A DNA stretch of 62,494 bases, the filler included, from Sanchytrium tribonematis (Eukaryota), in NCBI GenBank assembly GCA_018985235.1. It is 16 parts of 16 records of this genome, joined end to end, with 100 filler letters (N's around TTAATTAATTAA, not from the genome) between each part and the next. Parts side by side here need not be neighbours in the genome. Positions count along the whole stretch, not along the records: positions 22,614 to 25,328 come from JADGIG010001006.1; positions 25,429 to 28,137 come from JADGIG010001007.1; positions 28,238 to 48,568 come from JADGIG010000099.1; 13 more parts are not named here. One strand, given 5' to 3'. The translations under genes were made by a program, and so were the position numbers. The notes below the pieces were generated by a model. The model did not search any database, was not told the origin of the DNA, and saw only the letters and a list, made by a program, of their open reading frames with translations. This document shows, in pieces, positions 23,972 through 35,745 of the stretch (positions within the stretch are counted from its first letter, which is position 1; each line of letters opens with the position of its first letter).

Positions 23972-25328
23972 ATGCTCTTAATTTTTACTTTATTAGTGAA
24001 TGCTATTAATCCGGATTGTCCGGATGTTGTTAATTTGGCAATTGGGTTGAATATGCCCACAGTTTTACCAGATATTTTTGAATTATTAAAAAAAGATTGC
24101 TGCTCCACATATTCTTCTACAACAAGTTATTTATTACCAAATTGTGATCAAAATAACGTGATATCAATAAGATGGGAAAAATTAGATTTAGATGGATTTG
24201 TGAATGAAACTGCTATTCCCTCAAAATTAAAATCTCTATCGTTGTCTAAAAATAGAATTGTGGGAACTTTGCCCAGTCAATTGCCTAAAACATTGCGTAG
24301 TCTTACTTTGTCATGGAATAATCTGCAAGGCACACTCCCGTTATATCAAGATGGCCTTGAAATAATGGAAATTTCACATAATCATATCACCAAGATAATT
24401 GGACTACCAAACACACTGGTGTTTATGATGGCATATGATTGTAGTATTGGTGGAAATTTACCATTATTACCAAATACTCTGTTGGAAGTAGACTTGCAAT
24501 ATAATTTATTTACTGGCAATATCTCTAATTTACCTAGCCAATTAAAATGGCTGGGATTTGATAGGAATCTTTTGACAGGCGTGATTCCCCAAATACTTCC
24601 TTCTACACTTAATTGGATTTCTATGAACTCCAATTTACTATCAGGTGATTTAAATCGAGATTGGCCATTTTCATTACAAAATCTTGGAGTAGAAAACAAT
24701 TTATTATCTGGATATCTTCCATCATTTACAGCTGCTTTATATGCATTACAAGTGTCTGATAATCAATTTAAAGGAGAATTACCTTTTTATGAAGCTGTCA
24801 CGATTTTATATGCAAATAATAATAATTTGACAGGTTGCTTACCACCCATGTACAGTATATCCGATATAGACATCAGCAATAATCATTTTAATGGCAAATT
24901 GCACTTGTTTAGGCCTGTAACATTTGTGATTGCAAATAATAATATTTCTTTGGTAAATTTAGAAAATACAGCTGGTTTAACGAAATGTGATGTATCTAAT
25001 AATCCACTAATGAATACGATACCAGGCTGCATCGCAAATAATATGAGAAATGCAACTCAAGTGGATCCGTGTTTGATCCAGACTGTTCAAACCAGTGAGT
25101 CAGAAATGGCTCAAATTTCTTCAGCAACTTCTTCGGAAACAATAGCAACTAGTGCCCCGCATTCTACAGATGCTGAAGCATATTTTATTCTGACCAGTAC
25201 ACAGAATGAAGTAGATTTGACTGTAAGTTCCACTGATTCTTATGAATTAAACATGGCCTCTAGCACGATTGACTCTGTCAAATCCATTATAATGCAGTCA
25301 AAAACTACTGTATCTATAACACCATCGC
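23972..25328 (+). CDS. Cys-capped LRR surface protein with Ser/Thr stalk, 3' partial
   Basis: Signal MLLIFTLLVNA, cap DCP..LNM..DCC..C, LxLxxNxLxGxLP repeats, C-cap LTKCDVSNNPL, S/T-rich stalk. Confidence 0.85.
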
Positions 25329-25428
25329 NNNNNNNNNNNNNNNNNNNNNNNNNNNNNNNNNNNNNNNNNNNNTTAATTAATTAANNNNNNNNNNNNNNNN
25401 NNNNNNNNNNNNNNNNNNNNNNNNNNNN

Positions 25429-26737
25429 GTCAATTCCAGCATGAGATTATAGTCAGGTGTATAATCAATGAAATACGACTTGATTTCTTGGTCTAAATTA
25501 ATAAAATTGTACCTTCTTGCCATTGTTGAAAATTTGGAGATTTCATAAATCCGTGTAACAAATGCAATTTGAGCACATTGTAAGCATCCTGCTGTGTCTC
25601 ATCGAAGAATGTTTGATCTTTCTGCACAATCTCATAAGTTGGTACTGGCACGTCCTCAATAATATCTGGTCTGACATTTAATCTCAGAGGCGAGTTCTTG
25701 CGTAAATACATTTTATGGAGGTATCTCGCGAATAATAACCATGTCTCAGGTGGTGATTCTACAAATATCTCTACTTCTAACCAGAATAACAAGTACTCAA
25801 TGGAATACTCCTTATAACAATATTCTGCAAAATATTTAAATCCATTTTTAGATCTGAGAATCTTTTTTAAAGTCATATCGTCTTGGTCTTGGGTCTGTCT
25901 AAATCTTTCTAATGCTATTAACATGCCAGAATGAGTTAATTCTTCTTCATTTTCCTCTACTTGTTTCTCAGAGTGAATAATAATAATCGTGTCATTGTTA
26001 TTCAAGACATCTCCTACTAGCGTATCAAAGTGTATAGGCTGTTCTTGAGAATTTAACACCAGTCTAACCATCAATGGACTCACTTGTTTGCCTTCTAATG
26101 CCTCCAGTTGAAAATTAAAATCAGCTTCAACCAATTTTGCTAAATAATCAATAGATTGGGTGGTATCTACTGTAATTTTGAATTGATATTGCAATAATTG
26201 AATGTTGACTGAAATATTGATGAATTCTACCATTGGATTTCTTTTATTTCTCTTGTTTTCGGCCAAAAATACGCGCAAATCTTTGTCCAATGGGGAAGCA
26301 GTGATTTGGTCTTCTAATTTTGGAGCTTGTTGTTGGTACATTTGTTGTTGTAAAGCATACGCATAGCTATTATAAGGATTCGGATACGCAGGTTGACTAT
26401 AATTTCCAAAGTAATACGCTGGAATGGGCGGGTGAAGCTGCTGGGGAGGGAGAATTGGCCCATAATATTGCATATAATTGTAGTAATCATCTTCATTACG
26501 TGATTCTCGATAGGATTCCCTTTGATAACCTCCCATTTGCTGGTTCTGCTGCTGTTGAGGGATCATTTGAGGTGGAATTTGATTCGGAAGAAGTTGGTTC
26601 ATGGGAGGGGGATAAAAAGTAGATGACAAAGAGCTGACTCTTCTGCGATCTAAAAGTGGTCTTTGTGAACTATTTACGCTGTTTAAACTGCCATGACTTT
26701 GAAAATCAAATGAAGTCTGTCTTCGTCTCTGGTCCAT
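25429..26737 (-). CDS. RGS-domain protein, 3' partial; probable 20-nt intron at 25493-25512
   Basis: ILRSKNGFKYFAEYCYKEYSIEYLLFWLEVE and YLRKNSPLRLNV are typical RGS motifs; splicing keeps the frame open to the contig edge. Confidence 0.8.
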
Positions 26738-26951
26738 GGCGTAAAATGGCTTATTTCAAAATTTTGAAGACGCGACGAATTTGTTGCTTTCGGTGCCATG
26801 CAATACTGCGTATACGATAAGAATTCAACCTGTTTCCAACAAGATACAAATTATATTCAAAGTTTTCGGAATTTAGTTTCAAGTTTAAAATGTTTGATTG
26901 GCCGAGACATGTGAAGATTTGTTCTTGCTTTTTTTCAAAACATGTATTCTA

Positions 26952-27290
26952 ATGGAAGACAAACCAACTGGTGATATTAAAATTCACAAAATCAGAATTA
27001 CTTTGACATCTACTCAAGTCAAATCATTAGAACGTGTCACATCTCAATTATTAAATAATGCAAATGACAACAAATTAAAGACCAAGGGACCTGTTAGAAT
27101 GCCAACTAAGAAATTAGTACATACTTGTAGACGTACACCTTGTGGTCAAGGTTCAAAAACCTGGGATCGTTATGAAATGAGAATTCACAAGAGAGTTTTA
27201 GATCTAGAAAGCCCTGGTGAGATCATCAAGAAGATTACCTCTATTCCAATTGAACCTGGTGTAGAAGTTGAAGTAACCATATTGCAATAA
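26952..27290 (+). CDS. RPS20: 40S ribosomal protein uS10
   Basis: [37 protein letters not shown]. Confidence 0.98.
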   Translation: MEDKPTGDIKIHKIRITLTSTQVKSLERVTSQLLNNANDNKLKTKGPVRMPTKKLVHTCRRTPCGQGSKTWDRYEMRIHKRVLDLESPGEIIKKITSIPIEPGVEVEVTILQ

Positions 27291-27445
27291 ATCGAGTATT
27301 CGAAAAATGGATGAGATTGTACTATGTTTTATTTATCTTTGCATTTTGCCTACTCCAATAGCTGACCTTTTTAGAATTTGGCCATTTCAGTGACGAAATT
27401 GCCTAAAGATTCTTTTTGTGCTCTTGTAATTTTAATTTAGACAGT

Positions 27446-27823
27446 TTATTTATTTGAAGAAGTAAATTTAGTAACAGCTTTGGTTCCTTCAGAGACAGCA
27501 TGTTTAGCCAATTCACCAGGTAGAATTAAACGAACAGATGTTTGTACTTCTCTAGATGTGATGGTGGATTTTTTGTTGTAAGCAGCCAATTTTGATGCTT
27601 CATTTGCAATTCTTTCAAAGATATCACCGACAAATGAGTTCATGATACCCATAGCTTTGTTCGAAATACCAGTATCTGGGTGCACTTGTTTTAATACCTT
27701 GTAAATATAAGTAGAATAAGTTTCTTTTCTAACCTTACGTCTTTTTGCTGGTCCATCGGATGTTTTCTTTGCTGCCTTTGCTGGTGCCTTTCCTGCTGGT
27801 TTCTTCTCTGCTTTTGGTGCCAT
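27446..27823 (-). CDS. HTB1: Histone H2B
   Basis: [22 protein letters not shown]...[19 protein letters not shown]. Confidence 0.99.
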   Translation of the reverse strand: MAPKAEKKPAGKAPAKAAKKTSDGPAKRRKVRKETYSTYIYKVLKQVHPDTGISNKAMGIMNSFVGDIFERIANEASKLAAYNKKSTITSREVQTSVRLILPGELAKHAVSEGTKAVTKFTSSNK

Positions 27824-28058
27824 TTGTTAGTGATGCAGGGGTGTTTGCTTATAAACCATATTTACAACAGATGATTGGTGCATATCTTGAAAAATACTAA
27901 TAAATTGATCTGATTGGACAAAAACGTGAAAAGTAAAAGAGATATGTGATTGGATAGTTCGTGGCCAATCAAAAAAGACGCTTACTTTTTGAGTTTTAAG
28001 CCAATCAAATCACAGTTTGACCCTTTATAAACAGTTTGACGCCCTCTAACTATAAAAA
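27824..28058. promoter_or_regulatory. Bidirectional H2A/H2B promoter with five CCAAT boxes
   Basis: ATTGG at 27874, 27913 and 27949; CCAAT at 27965 and 28001; TATA-like elements near 27849 and 28026. Confidence 0.75.
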
Positions 28059-28137
28059 ATGGCAGGAGCAGGAAAAGGAGGAAAGAAAGAAGCAGCAGGT
28101 GGTAAAACTAAATCAAGATCTTCAAAGGCAGGTTTAC
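28059..28137 (+). CDS. HTA1: Histone H2A N-terminus, 3' partial
   Basis: Hand translation MAGAGKGGKKEAAGGKTKSRSSKAGL; divergent from H2B. Confidence 0.92.
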
Positions 28138-28237
28138 NNNNNNNNNNNNNNNNNNNNNNNNNNNNNNNNNNNNNNNNNNNNTTAATTAATTAANNNNNNN
28201 NNNNNNNNNNNNNNNNNNNNNNNNNNNNNNNNNNNNN

Positions 28238-29427
28238 AAATTAGATTGAAAGGCATTTTCAGTCAAGCAACTCAAGATTAAAAGTCTTAAATTTAATTGG
28301 CAAGAAAAAAAGCTAAAAGACTCCAATTTTTGCTTTTTCTTAGGAGGCGAAGAAGTATTGCTCGTTCTTTTGAGTGTTTCGGCTTTATCCTCAACGATTT
28401 TGGTATCCAAATCTACTTGCGTTTCGGAATATTGAAACTTTTCCTCAATGTTTTGGTCCTTTGGAATTGTAACACTTTCCATATTGGCCTGAGAAACAGT
28501 ATTATTTGAAGCATTTGTCTTCATTAAAGATTCTTGCAAATTGACTGAAGTCGTTGGTCTCACAGCATAGGGTTGTCCGTTATTCTGAATTTTCTGTTGC
28601 ATATTAAGTTGATGGTAATTTGAAGGAATAGGTTGCATTGGCCGACCATAAGACTGTTGGAACTGATTATACTGCGTGGGGTAATAAGGTTGAAATTGGT
28701 GATTTTGAATTTGTTGTCTATAAGAGTGACTAGGCGCACCCGGGTTGGGCGTCGAATAAGATTTAGGTTTGAATTCTTCAAATTTTTTCATTTCTTCTTT
28801 AAACAAATTAAGGCATTTCGACGGTGGGTCGTTTTGAAATGGAGAATCTTGGGAAATATTTACATATTTAGAAGACATAACTTGATGAATCCATTGGATA
28901 AGAAAGGTCTCCCAATTAAAAATGTCGATCGATTTTCTTTTATAAATGCACTTCATTAATGAAATAATGAGATCAACAAGTTTCGCACCCTGATCGCTGG
29001 ATTCTGAATCTGCGAATAAAAATACCAGAAATTGAAGACTAGAAGTTGTATCTGGTTCCAAATTCCAAAATAGCTGAGAATGACTTCCCGAAGTGTTTTC
29101 GGGTGGTACATAAAATAGATTATGTACCTCAATCGGTGACTTTCTGTAAGGATGCCAACACCGCAGAAACGAAAAAACGTCGAAAAACTCACTAGTTAAA
29201 AAGGGGATATTTTCGATTATAGTTAATTCAGGAATTCGAACATTTTGCTTAGATAATAGCTTTAATCTAACGGCATTTAAATCTTCTTCATCGCCCTCGA
29301 TGTCTTCCGATTTGACAACTTCTTGTTTCACAGATGAAAGTAGTTCGTGTATTCCATTATACGAATAATTTTTTAATATTTCCTCGTGTATTTGGCTGTC
29401 TCTTTCTGCAATATTCTTTCTTTGCAT
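28238..29427 (-). CDS. Hypothetical nuclear protein, possibly with a WHIM1-like motif, 3' partial
   Basis: Q-rich region, NLS-like PPKKKQK, and RLLILSCLTENAF. Confidence 0.5.
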
Positions 29428-29652
29428 TTTGATATTCCGCGTTTCAGGAACTCCAATTTTGCCAAAAAACTTTGTTTAATCAACTATCTAGCTTAACTAT
29501 AAGACGGGACCCGAAAATTGCTTTCTAGAGGCTTGGTAGAATTTACTTTGTTTGAAACTTAAGGTTGCCTTAAAAGTAAATGGTGCAAGATTTTTCAGGC
29601 CAGGCGAAGCTTTGGTACGTCTCAAAATTTATTATGCTTTTTTCATAAATTA

Positions 29653-29880
29653 TTAGTTATCTTTAATGGTTGCCAATGTTACGCCGTGAACTGACTTCAT
29701 TTCGTCTTTGAGTGTTGAATAAACTAGTTTTTGTGCATCAATTGCTTTCATATTATTGAATTGTTTAGACTTAATTTCTATGTTGAAAAAACTCCCACAT
29801 CCACCCGAAGTATCGCGGACTATTAATTGCGTAGGCTTTAATGCTTGTGTCAACTTTTCAATAATTTGCTTTTGCATCAC
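29653..29880 (-). CDS. BolA-family protein (BOLA3-like)
   Basis: [14 protein letters not shown]...VHG. Confidence 0.88.
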   Translation of the reverse strand: MMQKQIIEKLTQALKPTQLIVRDTSGGCGSFFNIEIKSKQFNNMKAIDAQKLVYSTLKDEMKSVHGVTLATIKDN

Positions 29881-29959
29881 AAACCGGGAGAAAATGATAG
29901 GCTCTGAATTTCCGAAGCACGTGAAAGATAAAAATTGTAGATTTCAATTTCTTATTCTT

Positions 29960-30544
29960 ATGGCTGTTGATTTACCATTTAAGCAACATCAAAAAAAAGC
30001 TGGAAGATCTGCTCCAGTCAGCAAAAATCCATATTTGAAACTACTTCATCAGTTGTACGCATATTTGGGACGAAAAACAGATTCCAAATTTAACAAGACC
30101 ATTGAAAAGAGACTTTGCATGTCCCGAACATCTAGACCACCTGTATCTTTATCTTTTATTAAGCAGCAATTGGCAAAGAAAAATGATGAAGAACTCAAAA
30201 ACAAGATCGTTGTTGTTGTTGGTACAATTACAAACGACGAGAGATTATTGGACTCTGAGGTTCCTAAAGTCAAAATCTGCGCATTGAGATTTACAAAATC
30301 TGCGAAAGACCGTATTATTTCGAAAGGTGGAGAAGTTCTTACTTTTGACCAGTTGGCTTTAAAAGCACCATTAGGCAAGCAAACAATTTTATTAAGAGGA
30401 GAGCGAACATCTAGAGAAGTATATCGTCACTTCGGTCGTGCACCGGGCAGACCAAGATCAAATACTAAACCTTACGTCAGATCTAAGGGACGTAAATTCG
30501 AAAGAGCTAGAGGTAGACGTAGATCTCGAGGTTACAAGAACTAA
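29960..30544 (+). CDS. RPL18: 60S ribosomal protein eL18
   Basis: [40 protein letters not shown]; start at 29960. Confidence 0.98.
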   Translation: MAVDLPFKQHQKKAGRSAPVSKNPYLKLLHQLYAYLGRKTDSKFNKTIEKRLCMSRTSRPPVSLSFIKQQLAKKNDEELKNKIVVVVGTITNDERLLDSEVPKVKICALRFTKSAKDRIISKGGEVLTFDQLALKAPLGKQTILLRGERTSREVYRHFGRAPGRPRSNTKPYVRSKGRKFERARGRRRSRGYKN

Positions 30545-30610
30545 TAAAACTAAATCTTTCCATAAGTGCACATTTTTATAATCAAAAAAAGAATTTTCGA
30601 AATTCTCCTT

Positions 30611-31627
30611 ATGACATCTGTTTGCACCGAGGCTGGTAATTTTGTTGAGACTCCACCGTGCACAGAATTATTGCTACCCAATGTAAAAGAATTGACAAGA
30701 ATCTATTTGGGAAGATACCCAAATCGGGAACCTGCAATTCAAATACAAGCATTTAACAACAAAGTTTCTAGAGAACATGCAGTCGTTTCAATTGACAAAA
30801 TGCTGATAAAGTTAACAATCAAATGCCTCTCAAAAAATGGTCTTTTTATTAACAACAATTTTGTCGATCAAAATGAAGTTGCAGTTTTTAAAATTGAAGA
30901 TAGCATCTTCATTGGGAATACTCTATATAAGTTCTGTATAAGCGATAAGTTTAAAAACTTTAAGCCAATAAGTGCCTGTGTTATGCCAACCAGCGATGAC
31001 AATTTGGTTTCTAATTATGCTAAATCAATTGCCCCTTTAACTTCCTCTGCGCCTCAGTTGGATCTTAGCTCTGAAATGCTAGATATTGTGGGTATTGAGG
31101 ATAAAGAAAATTTACAGTTTTACAAGCGTAACCTGGATAAAAGTGAAAAATTTTGTGATGACAAGGCGAAAAAAAAGTTGGTTCAATTTCAGGAAAACTT
31201 GCCCACAGATTTGCCTTCAAACGTCAATATTTCAGAAGTTGAAGAATTGGTGCCAGAAAATCTAGTAGATTTGGTTATTGAGTCAATTGCTTTATCAGGT
31301 CAAAGTCATTTGAGTGTTAGCAGAATCCAGGAAGCTATTGAACTAAAATACCCATTCCAGAATTTAAAATTCCATGTTAAAAATGTTCTTAAAAAGCATG
31401 AATGCTTCGAATGTAGGTCAGATTCTGGGGTAACCTCAAAAGTTTGGACTTATGTGCCAAATCTTGATTTTGATGTGGACCGCGGTATTCTTTACTCTCA
31501 TTGCATGTCTCAAATGCCACAAAGGAGATCGAAAATGGGAATCAAGCGATATTATTTTCAACCAGTGTCTCTTCCAAATGAGAAAAAGAAGAAAAGACTG
31601 AATGATGACGAGGAGTTCGCACAATAA
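30611..31627 (+). CDS. FHA-domain protein, Tos4/Plm2-like
   Basis: FHA motifs LGR, VSREHA and SKNG; C-terminal YVPNLDFDVDR...RRSKMGIKRYYF resembles Tos4/Plm2. Confidence 0.65.
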   Translation: MTSVCTEAGNFVETPPCTELLLPNVKELTRIYLGRYPNREPAIQIQAFNNKVSREHAVVSIDKMLIKLTIKCLSKNGLFINNNFVDQNEVAVFKIEDSIFIGNTLYKFCISDKFKNFKPISACVMPTSDDNLVSNYAKSIAPLTSSAPQLDLSSEMLDIVGIEDKENLQFYKRNLDKSEKFCDDKAKKKLVQFQENLPTDLPSNVNISEVEELVPENLVDLVIESIALSGQSHLSVSRIQEAIELKYPFQNLKFHVKNVLKKHECFECRSDSGVTSKVWTYVPNLDFDVDRGILYSHCMSQMPQRRSKMGIKRYYFQPVSLPNEKKKKRLNDDEEFAQ

Positions 31628-31659
31628 AGTTCAAGAATTATTTTATCCTTGTTTTAAAA

Positions 31660-32046
31660 ATGTTGTGCGCCAGATTTTTAAGACAACTTCGTTACACAAA
31701 AGATCATGAGTGGGTTAAATTGGCTGACGGAATCGGCACAGTCGGAATCAGCAAGTTTGCACAAAAAGAACTCGGCGAGGTAGTATTTGTTGAGGTGAAG
31801 CCAGTAAAAAGCAAAATCAACAAATCAGAAGTCCTAGGTGCAGTGGAAAGCGTTAAGGCAGCCAGTGATGTTTATTCCCCTCTAAGTGGTACAATCATTG
31901 AAATTAATGAAAAATTGAGCGATTCTCCAAATTTGATTAACGACAGCGCAGAAGAACATGGTTGGCTGGCCAAGATTAAAGTTGACAATAGCGATGTTTC
32001 TCATTTGATGGATTCTGATACTTACAGCAAATTTTGTAAAAAGTAA
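31660..32046 (+). CDS. GCV3: Glycine cleavage system H protein
   Basis: YTKDHEWV, lipoyl site VESVKAASD, GWLAKI. Confidence 0.97.
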   Translation: MLCARFLRQLRYTKDHEWVKLADGIGTVGISKFAQKELGEVVFVEVKPVKSKINKSEVLGAVESVKAASDVYSPLSGTIIEINEKLSDSPNLINDSAEEHGWLAKIKVDNSDVSHLMDSDTYSKFCKK

Positions 32047-32055
32047 AGATTTAAT

Positions 32056-33084
32056 TTACTTTTTTAGAAAAAAACTTTTTAAAAATTCCATATCCATATC
32101 ATTTGAAGTCAACACTTTCGCAAACGCTTTTGCAATTCTAATGCTTTCCGACGGAAATCTTTCCGATAGAAAATTGATGTGGGATACAATAAGCTGGATA
32201 ATTTCTTGGTGAAACGGGTTAAGTGATGAGTAAATGTTCAAAGACATTCTCTTACTATTAAGCCATTCCTTTGGGATCACATCTTTATATTGTCTCAGAT
32301 AACCGAGAAAGGCGTCCGTAAATGCAATCGTGCAATTCTTTTCCAGAGTTTGGCCATAGATGAATTTAGAAAAAACCTCTTGTTGATTTTTACTACTTTT
32401 TCCACTGTATATGCGACTAATGTTTGACTTAGATACAAGCTGTTCCGTAGCTTCTAGAGAACAATGTACTATGTTGATTGATGCCTCTATATTTTTAAAC
32501 CATGGTTCACTGAGGATGTTTGCTGGAATTGAAAGTATACTATTTTCAACCTTTGCTGGACTAGGAGGTCTTTCAGTATAGACTGGAGATTCTGGCTGAG
32601 AATCAATGACGGGCTCTTCTATTTCAAGACCAAAAGAAGAAACTGCACGTATACTTTTTGTAGGAGACTCTATAATTTTATCAAGAGTTGGAGGATATTT
32701 GGGAACAGAAAGATTAACACTTGCATTTGGCTTTAAATCATCAGTTTCCATAGAAAAATTATTTGTTTTGTCTGCCTCACTTATGATAATACTTGGAGAC
32801 ACAATAATGCGAGATCCTACATTTGGAACACTCTTCTGGCGCTTGTAGCTTAAGATTTTTTCCCGCATTTTGCTCCCATATTTCTGCAAATCAGATTTCT
32901 CCTGGTCATAGATGTTGACTGAATTTGATTTTTTAATAGGAGTTTTAATTTCTTGATTTTTATAGACTTTTTCAAGGTTATCAAAGTATATTTCTTTTGC
33001 TAATTGTAAATCGAGGTCAAACTTGCTGTCTCCTTTCAGTAGGGTTAATAATCTTTCTATGGAATCTAGAAGCTCAACGTCCAT
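32056..33084 (-). CDS. Hypothetical protein
   Basis: 342-aa ORF filling the gap between neighbouring genes. Confidence 0.6.
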   Translation of the reverse strand: MDVELLDSIERLLTLLKGDSKFDLDLQLAKEIYFDNLEKVYKNQEIKTPIKKSNSVNIYDQEKSDLQKYGSKMREKILSYKRQKSVPNVGSRIIVSPSIIISEADKTNNFSMETDDLKPNASVNLSVPKYPPTLDKIIESPTKSIRAVSSFGLEIEEPVIDSQPESPVYTERPPSPAKVENSILSIPANILSEPWFKNIEASINIVHCSLEATEQLVSKSNISRIYSGKSSKNQQEVFSKFIYGQTLEKNCTIAFTDAFLGYLRQYKDVIPKEWLNSKRMSLNIYSSLNPFHQEIIQLIVSHINFLSERFPSESIRIAKAFAKVLTSNDMDMEFLKSFFLKK

Positions 33085-33208
33085 TAAAATATTGTTTCAC
33101 TATGAGCAGAATAGCTCATGATATAAAATAAATTTCTATAGTTCATCTAGTCTTTACAAAGGAGTCGATTTTTTCTTCCATTTTCAAGTTTTTGAAACTA
33201 TTTATTTC

Positions 33209-34532
33209 ATGAATTTCGAGTCAGACGATCTTGATTTGACGTTTGATGCAGGAGAAAGGCCAAATTTTCCAAATTTTGGGCAATTGCCAACAACAAAGGA
33301 TCTTTATAGCTTAAATAATGTACATAAGGTCTTGAGGGATATTACCAAAGCAACTGTCACATCATCCATAGAGACTTTTTTAATTATTATGAAAGACGGG
33401 TTGGAGGAAGACTTGATTACCTTGTTAAAATGGTTTTCTTCTAAAAAATGTACGATATTTGTCGAAAGAAAATACAGAGATATTGTAAATGAGAAAGGAA
33501 TTGTATGCTTAATCAATTTTTATTCAGTTACACCCAATTGCGATCTAATTATTACACTTGGTGGTGATGGTACCGTTTTGTATTCTAGCTGGATGTATCA
33601 AAGAATTGTTCCACCTGTTATAGCATTTCACCTCGGGTCTTTGGGATTTTTGACGGTCTTTGACTTTGAGAAACATACTGAGATTTTAGATCGAATTTGG
33701 AAAGGCTCTGGGGTGAGAGTATCAATGCGAATGCGTTTGCAATGTCAAGTTCACAAACTGCAAACAACTAGAGAAGGTAGGATTGAGAAGAAGAAAAATG
33801 TTAAAAAAAGACGATCGGTGTCCGAGACATCGCGGTCACTTACATCCCTTAACTCAGACACAAATTCAGCTCGGGATTATATGGAAGTACCGCCTTCACC
33901 TTTACAATCATTGCGCCTTCTAGCACAAACATTACAAGGAAATGAAGATTATGACGAAGACACTTTACACGTTCTGAATGAAGTAGTCATTGACCGTGGG
34001 CCTTGCCCATTTTTAACGTCTTTGGAAGTATGGGGGGATGGCGCGCTGTTGACGATATGTCAGGCAGACGGACTAGTTATATCTACGCCTACTGGATCGA
34101 CTGCGTATAGTTTGAGTGCTGGTGGTAGTCTGTGTCATCCTGATGTCCATGCGATTTTGGTTACTCCAATTTGCCCTCATACTTTAAGGTAAATACTTTT
34201 TATGAAGTTTTAGGCCAATGATATTGCCAGAGTGCATGGAGCTCAAAATAAGGGTACCCTTGAATTCCAGAAACAATGCTTGGGCTTCATTTGATGGTAA
34301 ACACAGAATTGAATTACACAAGGGCGATTTCGTCACTATTAAAAATTCCCCATTTCCCTTTCCTACTGTGTCCAGTGAAAACACCACTGATGACTGGTTC
34401 AATAGCCTTCAGAGATGTCTTAAGTGGAACGAAAGAGTCATTCAGAAACCTTTGGATTCGGATAGTCGGAGGCTTGATAAACAGTCACGAAGATTATCTA
34501 CTATACCTTCGGAAAGCGAAAACTATCTTTAA
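33209..34532 (+). CDS. NAD kinase; 19-nt intron at 34189-34207
   Basis: LGGDGT, LNEVVIDRG, STPTGSTAYSLSAGG; splicing restores TPICPHTLSFRPMILP. Confidence 0.96.
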
Positions 34533-34533
34533 T

Positions 34534-35697
34534 TTATTTTAAGTAAACTTTTCCATCTTTTATGTTTGCGATTTTTTTCAAAATTTCTCGGATAAGATCT
34601 CTATTCTGTGGGTTTTGTTTGATTTTCTGCTTCAGCGGTCTTAATAAGTCTTTAGTTGAGAGCCCGGGATTTTTTTGGATTATGCCTATAATTTCTGATT
34701 CAGACAGAATAGTCGACTCTACGATGGATTTTGATGAAAGGCCTTCTACTTTGGCTCGTTTTAAGGGCGCATCATTAAGATCTGAGTTGTTTCTCTTCTT
34801 AATATTAAACGAATCAGCCGAAAATTTTTGGTCATCTTTGGGGTCTAATTTCTCGCTTTTAGGCTCCTCTTCGTCAGACAAGTCGCTATCAAAAGGATTC
34901 TCTTCAGATTCGTCCTCTGCTATCTCAACATTTTTCCCTTTTAGTAGCTTTTGTAATTCTTTTCCAGCTTGATTCAAAGTAGGTTTTTCATCATCGCTAT
35001 TCTCTTCCTCACTTTGTCGTAATTTTTGCATATCTTTTTTCTGTTTTTCTAGCTCATCCTCATTCTCTACGACAGCTATACCTTCCTCATCATCAGCAAA
35101 TTCCTCGCCAATGTCAAAATCTAATTCATCATCAGACCCTGCCATTTTAATATCCCTTTCGCCTTTATCGACAATTTTGAAATCTCTTTTATTCTCAACA
35201 TCTTCCATTTTTGTTACTTTTTTCATTTCTTGTTTCCTTTGAGCTATAAGTTTTTCAGCTTCGTCGATCGTAAGTTTGTTTATTCTTTTTGGATGAAATT
35301 GGTATAATGAATCAGTTGGAATTACTTGAAATCCGTCTTTTTCAATAATAAATAAGCAATGAGACATTTCATGATTTAAAAGTTGACCTTCATATTCGTT
35401 GGCCAAACCATCTTCTTCCACGCTCAATAGCCATTTTCTACTCTCTTTAGCCCTTAGCTTCATCTCCTCTGGTGATATATTGTGAACCGCCTTTGTTTTT
35501 CTTGCCATTTTCTTAGACTCTTTGTTTTTTTCAAAGTCTTCATCTCCTTCCTCATCCTCTTCAAATTGTCTTTTATCTCGACGACGTTCAAACTGACAAT
35601 TTTTGGTCGTTAGCACAATCTTTTTGGGAGTGTTAATTTTGGCTATGTTAAATTCTTCATTTTCTTTGAGTCCTTTATGTAAAATAAATGATTTCAT
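34534..35697 (-). CDS. TFG1: TFIIF large subunit (RAP74/Tfg1)
   Basis: YEGQ...FQVIP..LYQF..LTIDEAE, acidic FADDEE region, C-terminal winged helix (LSTKDLL). Confidence 0.8.
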   Translation of the reverse strand: MKSFILHKGLKENEEFNIAKINTPKKIVLTTKNCQFERRRDKRQFEEDEEGDEDFEKNKESKKMARKTKAVHNISPEEMKLRAKESRKWLLSVEEDGLANEYEGQLLNHEMSHCLFIIEKDGFQVIPTDSLYQFHPKRINKLTIDEAEKLIAQRKQEMKKVTKMEDVENKRDFKIVDKGERDIKMAGSDDELDFDIGEEFADDEEGIAVVENEDELEKQKKDMQKLRQSEEENSDDEKPTLNQAGKELQKLLKGKNVEIAEDESEENPFDSDLSDEEEPKSEKLDPKDDQKFSADSFNIKKRNNSDLNDAPLKRAKVEGLSSKSIVESTILSESEIIGIIQKNPGLSTKDLLRPLKQKIKQNPQNRDLIREILKKIANIKDGKVYLK

Positions 35698-35745
35698 AAT
35701 TAATAGTAAGAATTTAAAATAATGTTTGATGAACGGGGATTTCAA

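Noticed and set aside
33503..33527. 25-nt GTATGC...TTCAG intron-like segment in NADK
   Set aside because: Removal would break an already continuous, conserved frame.
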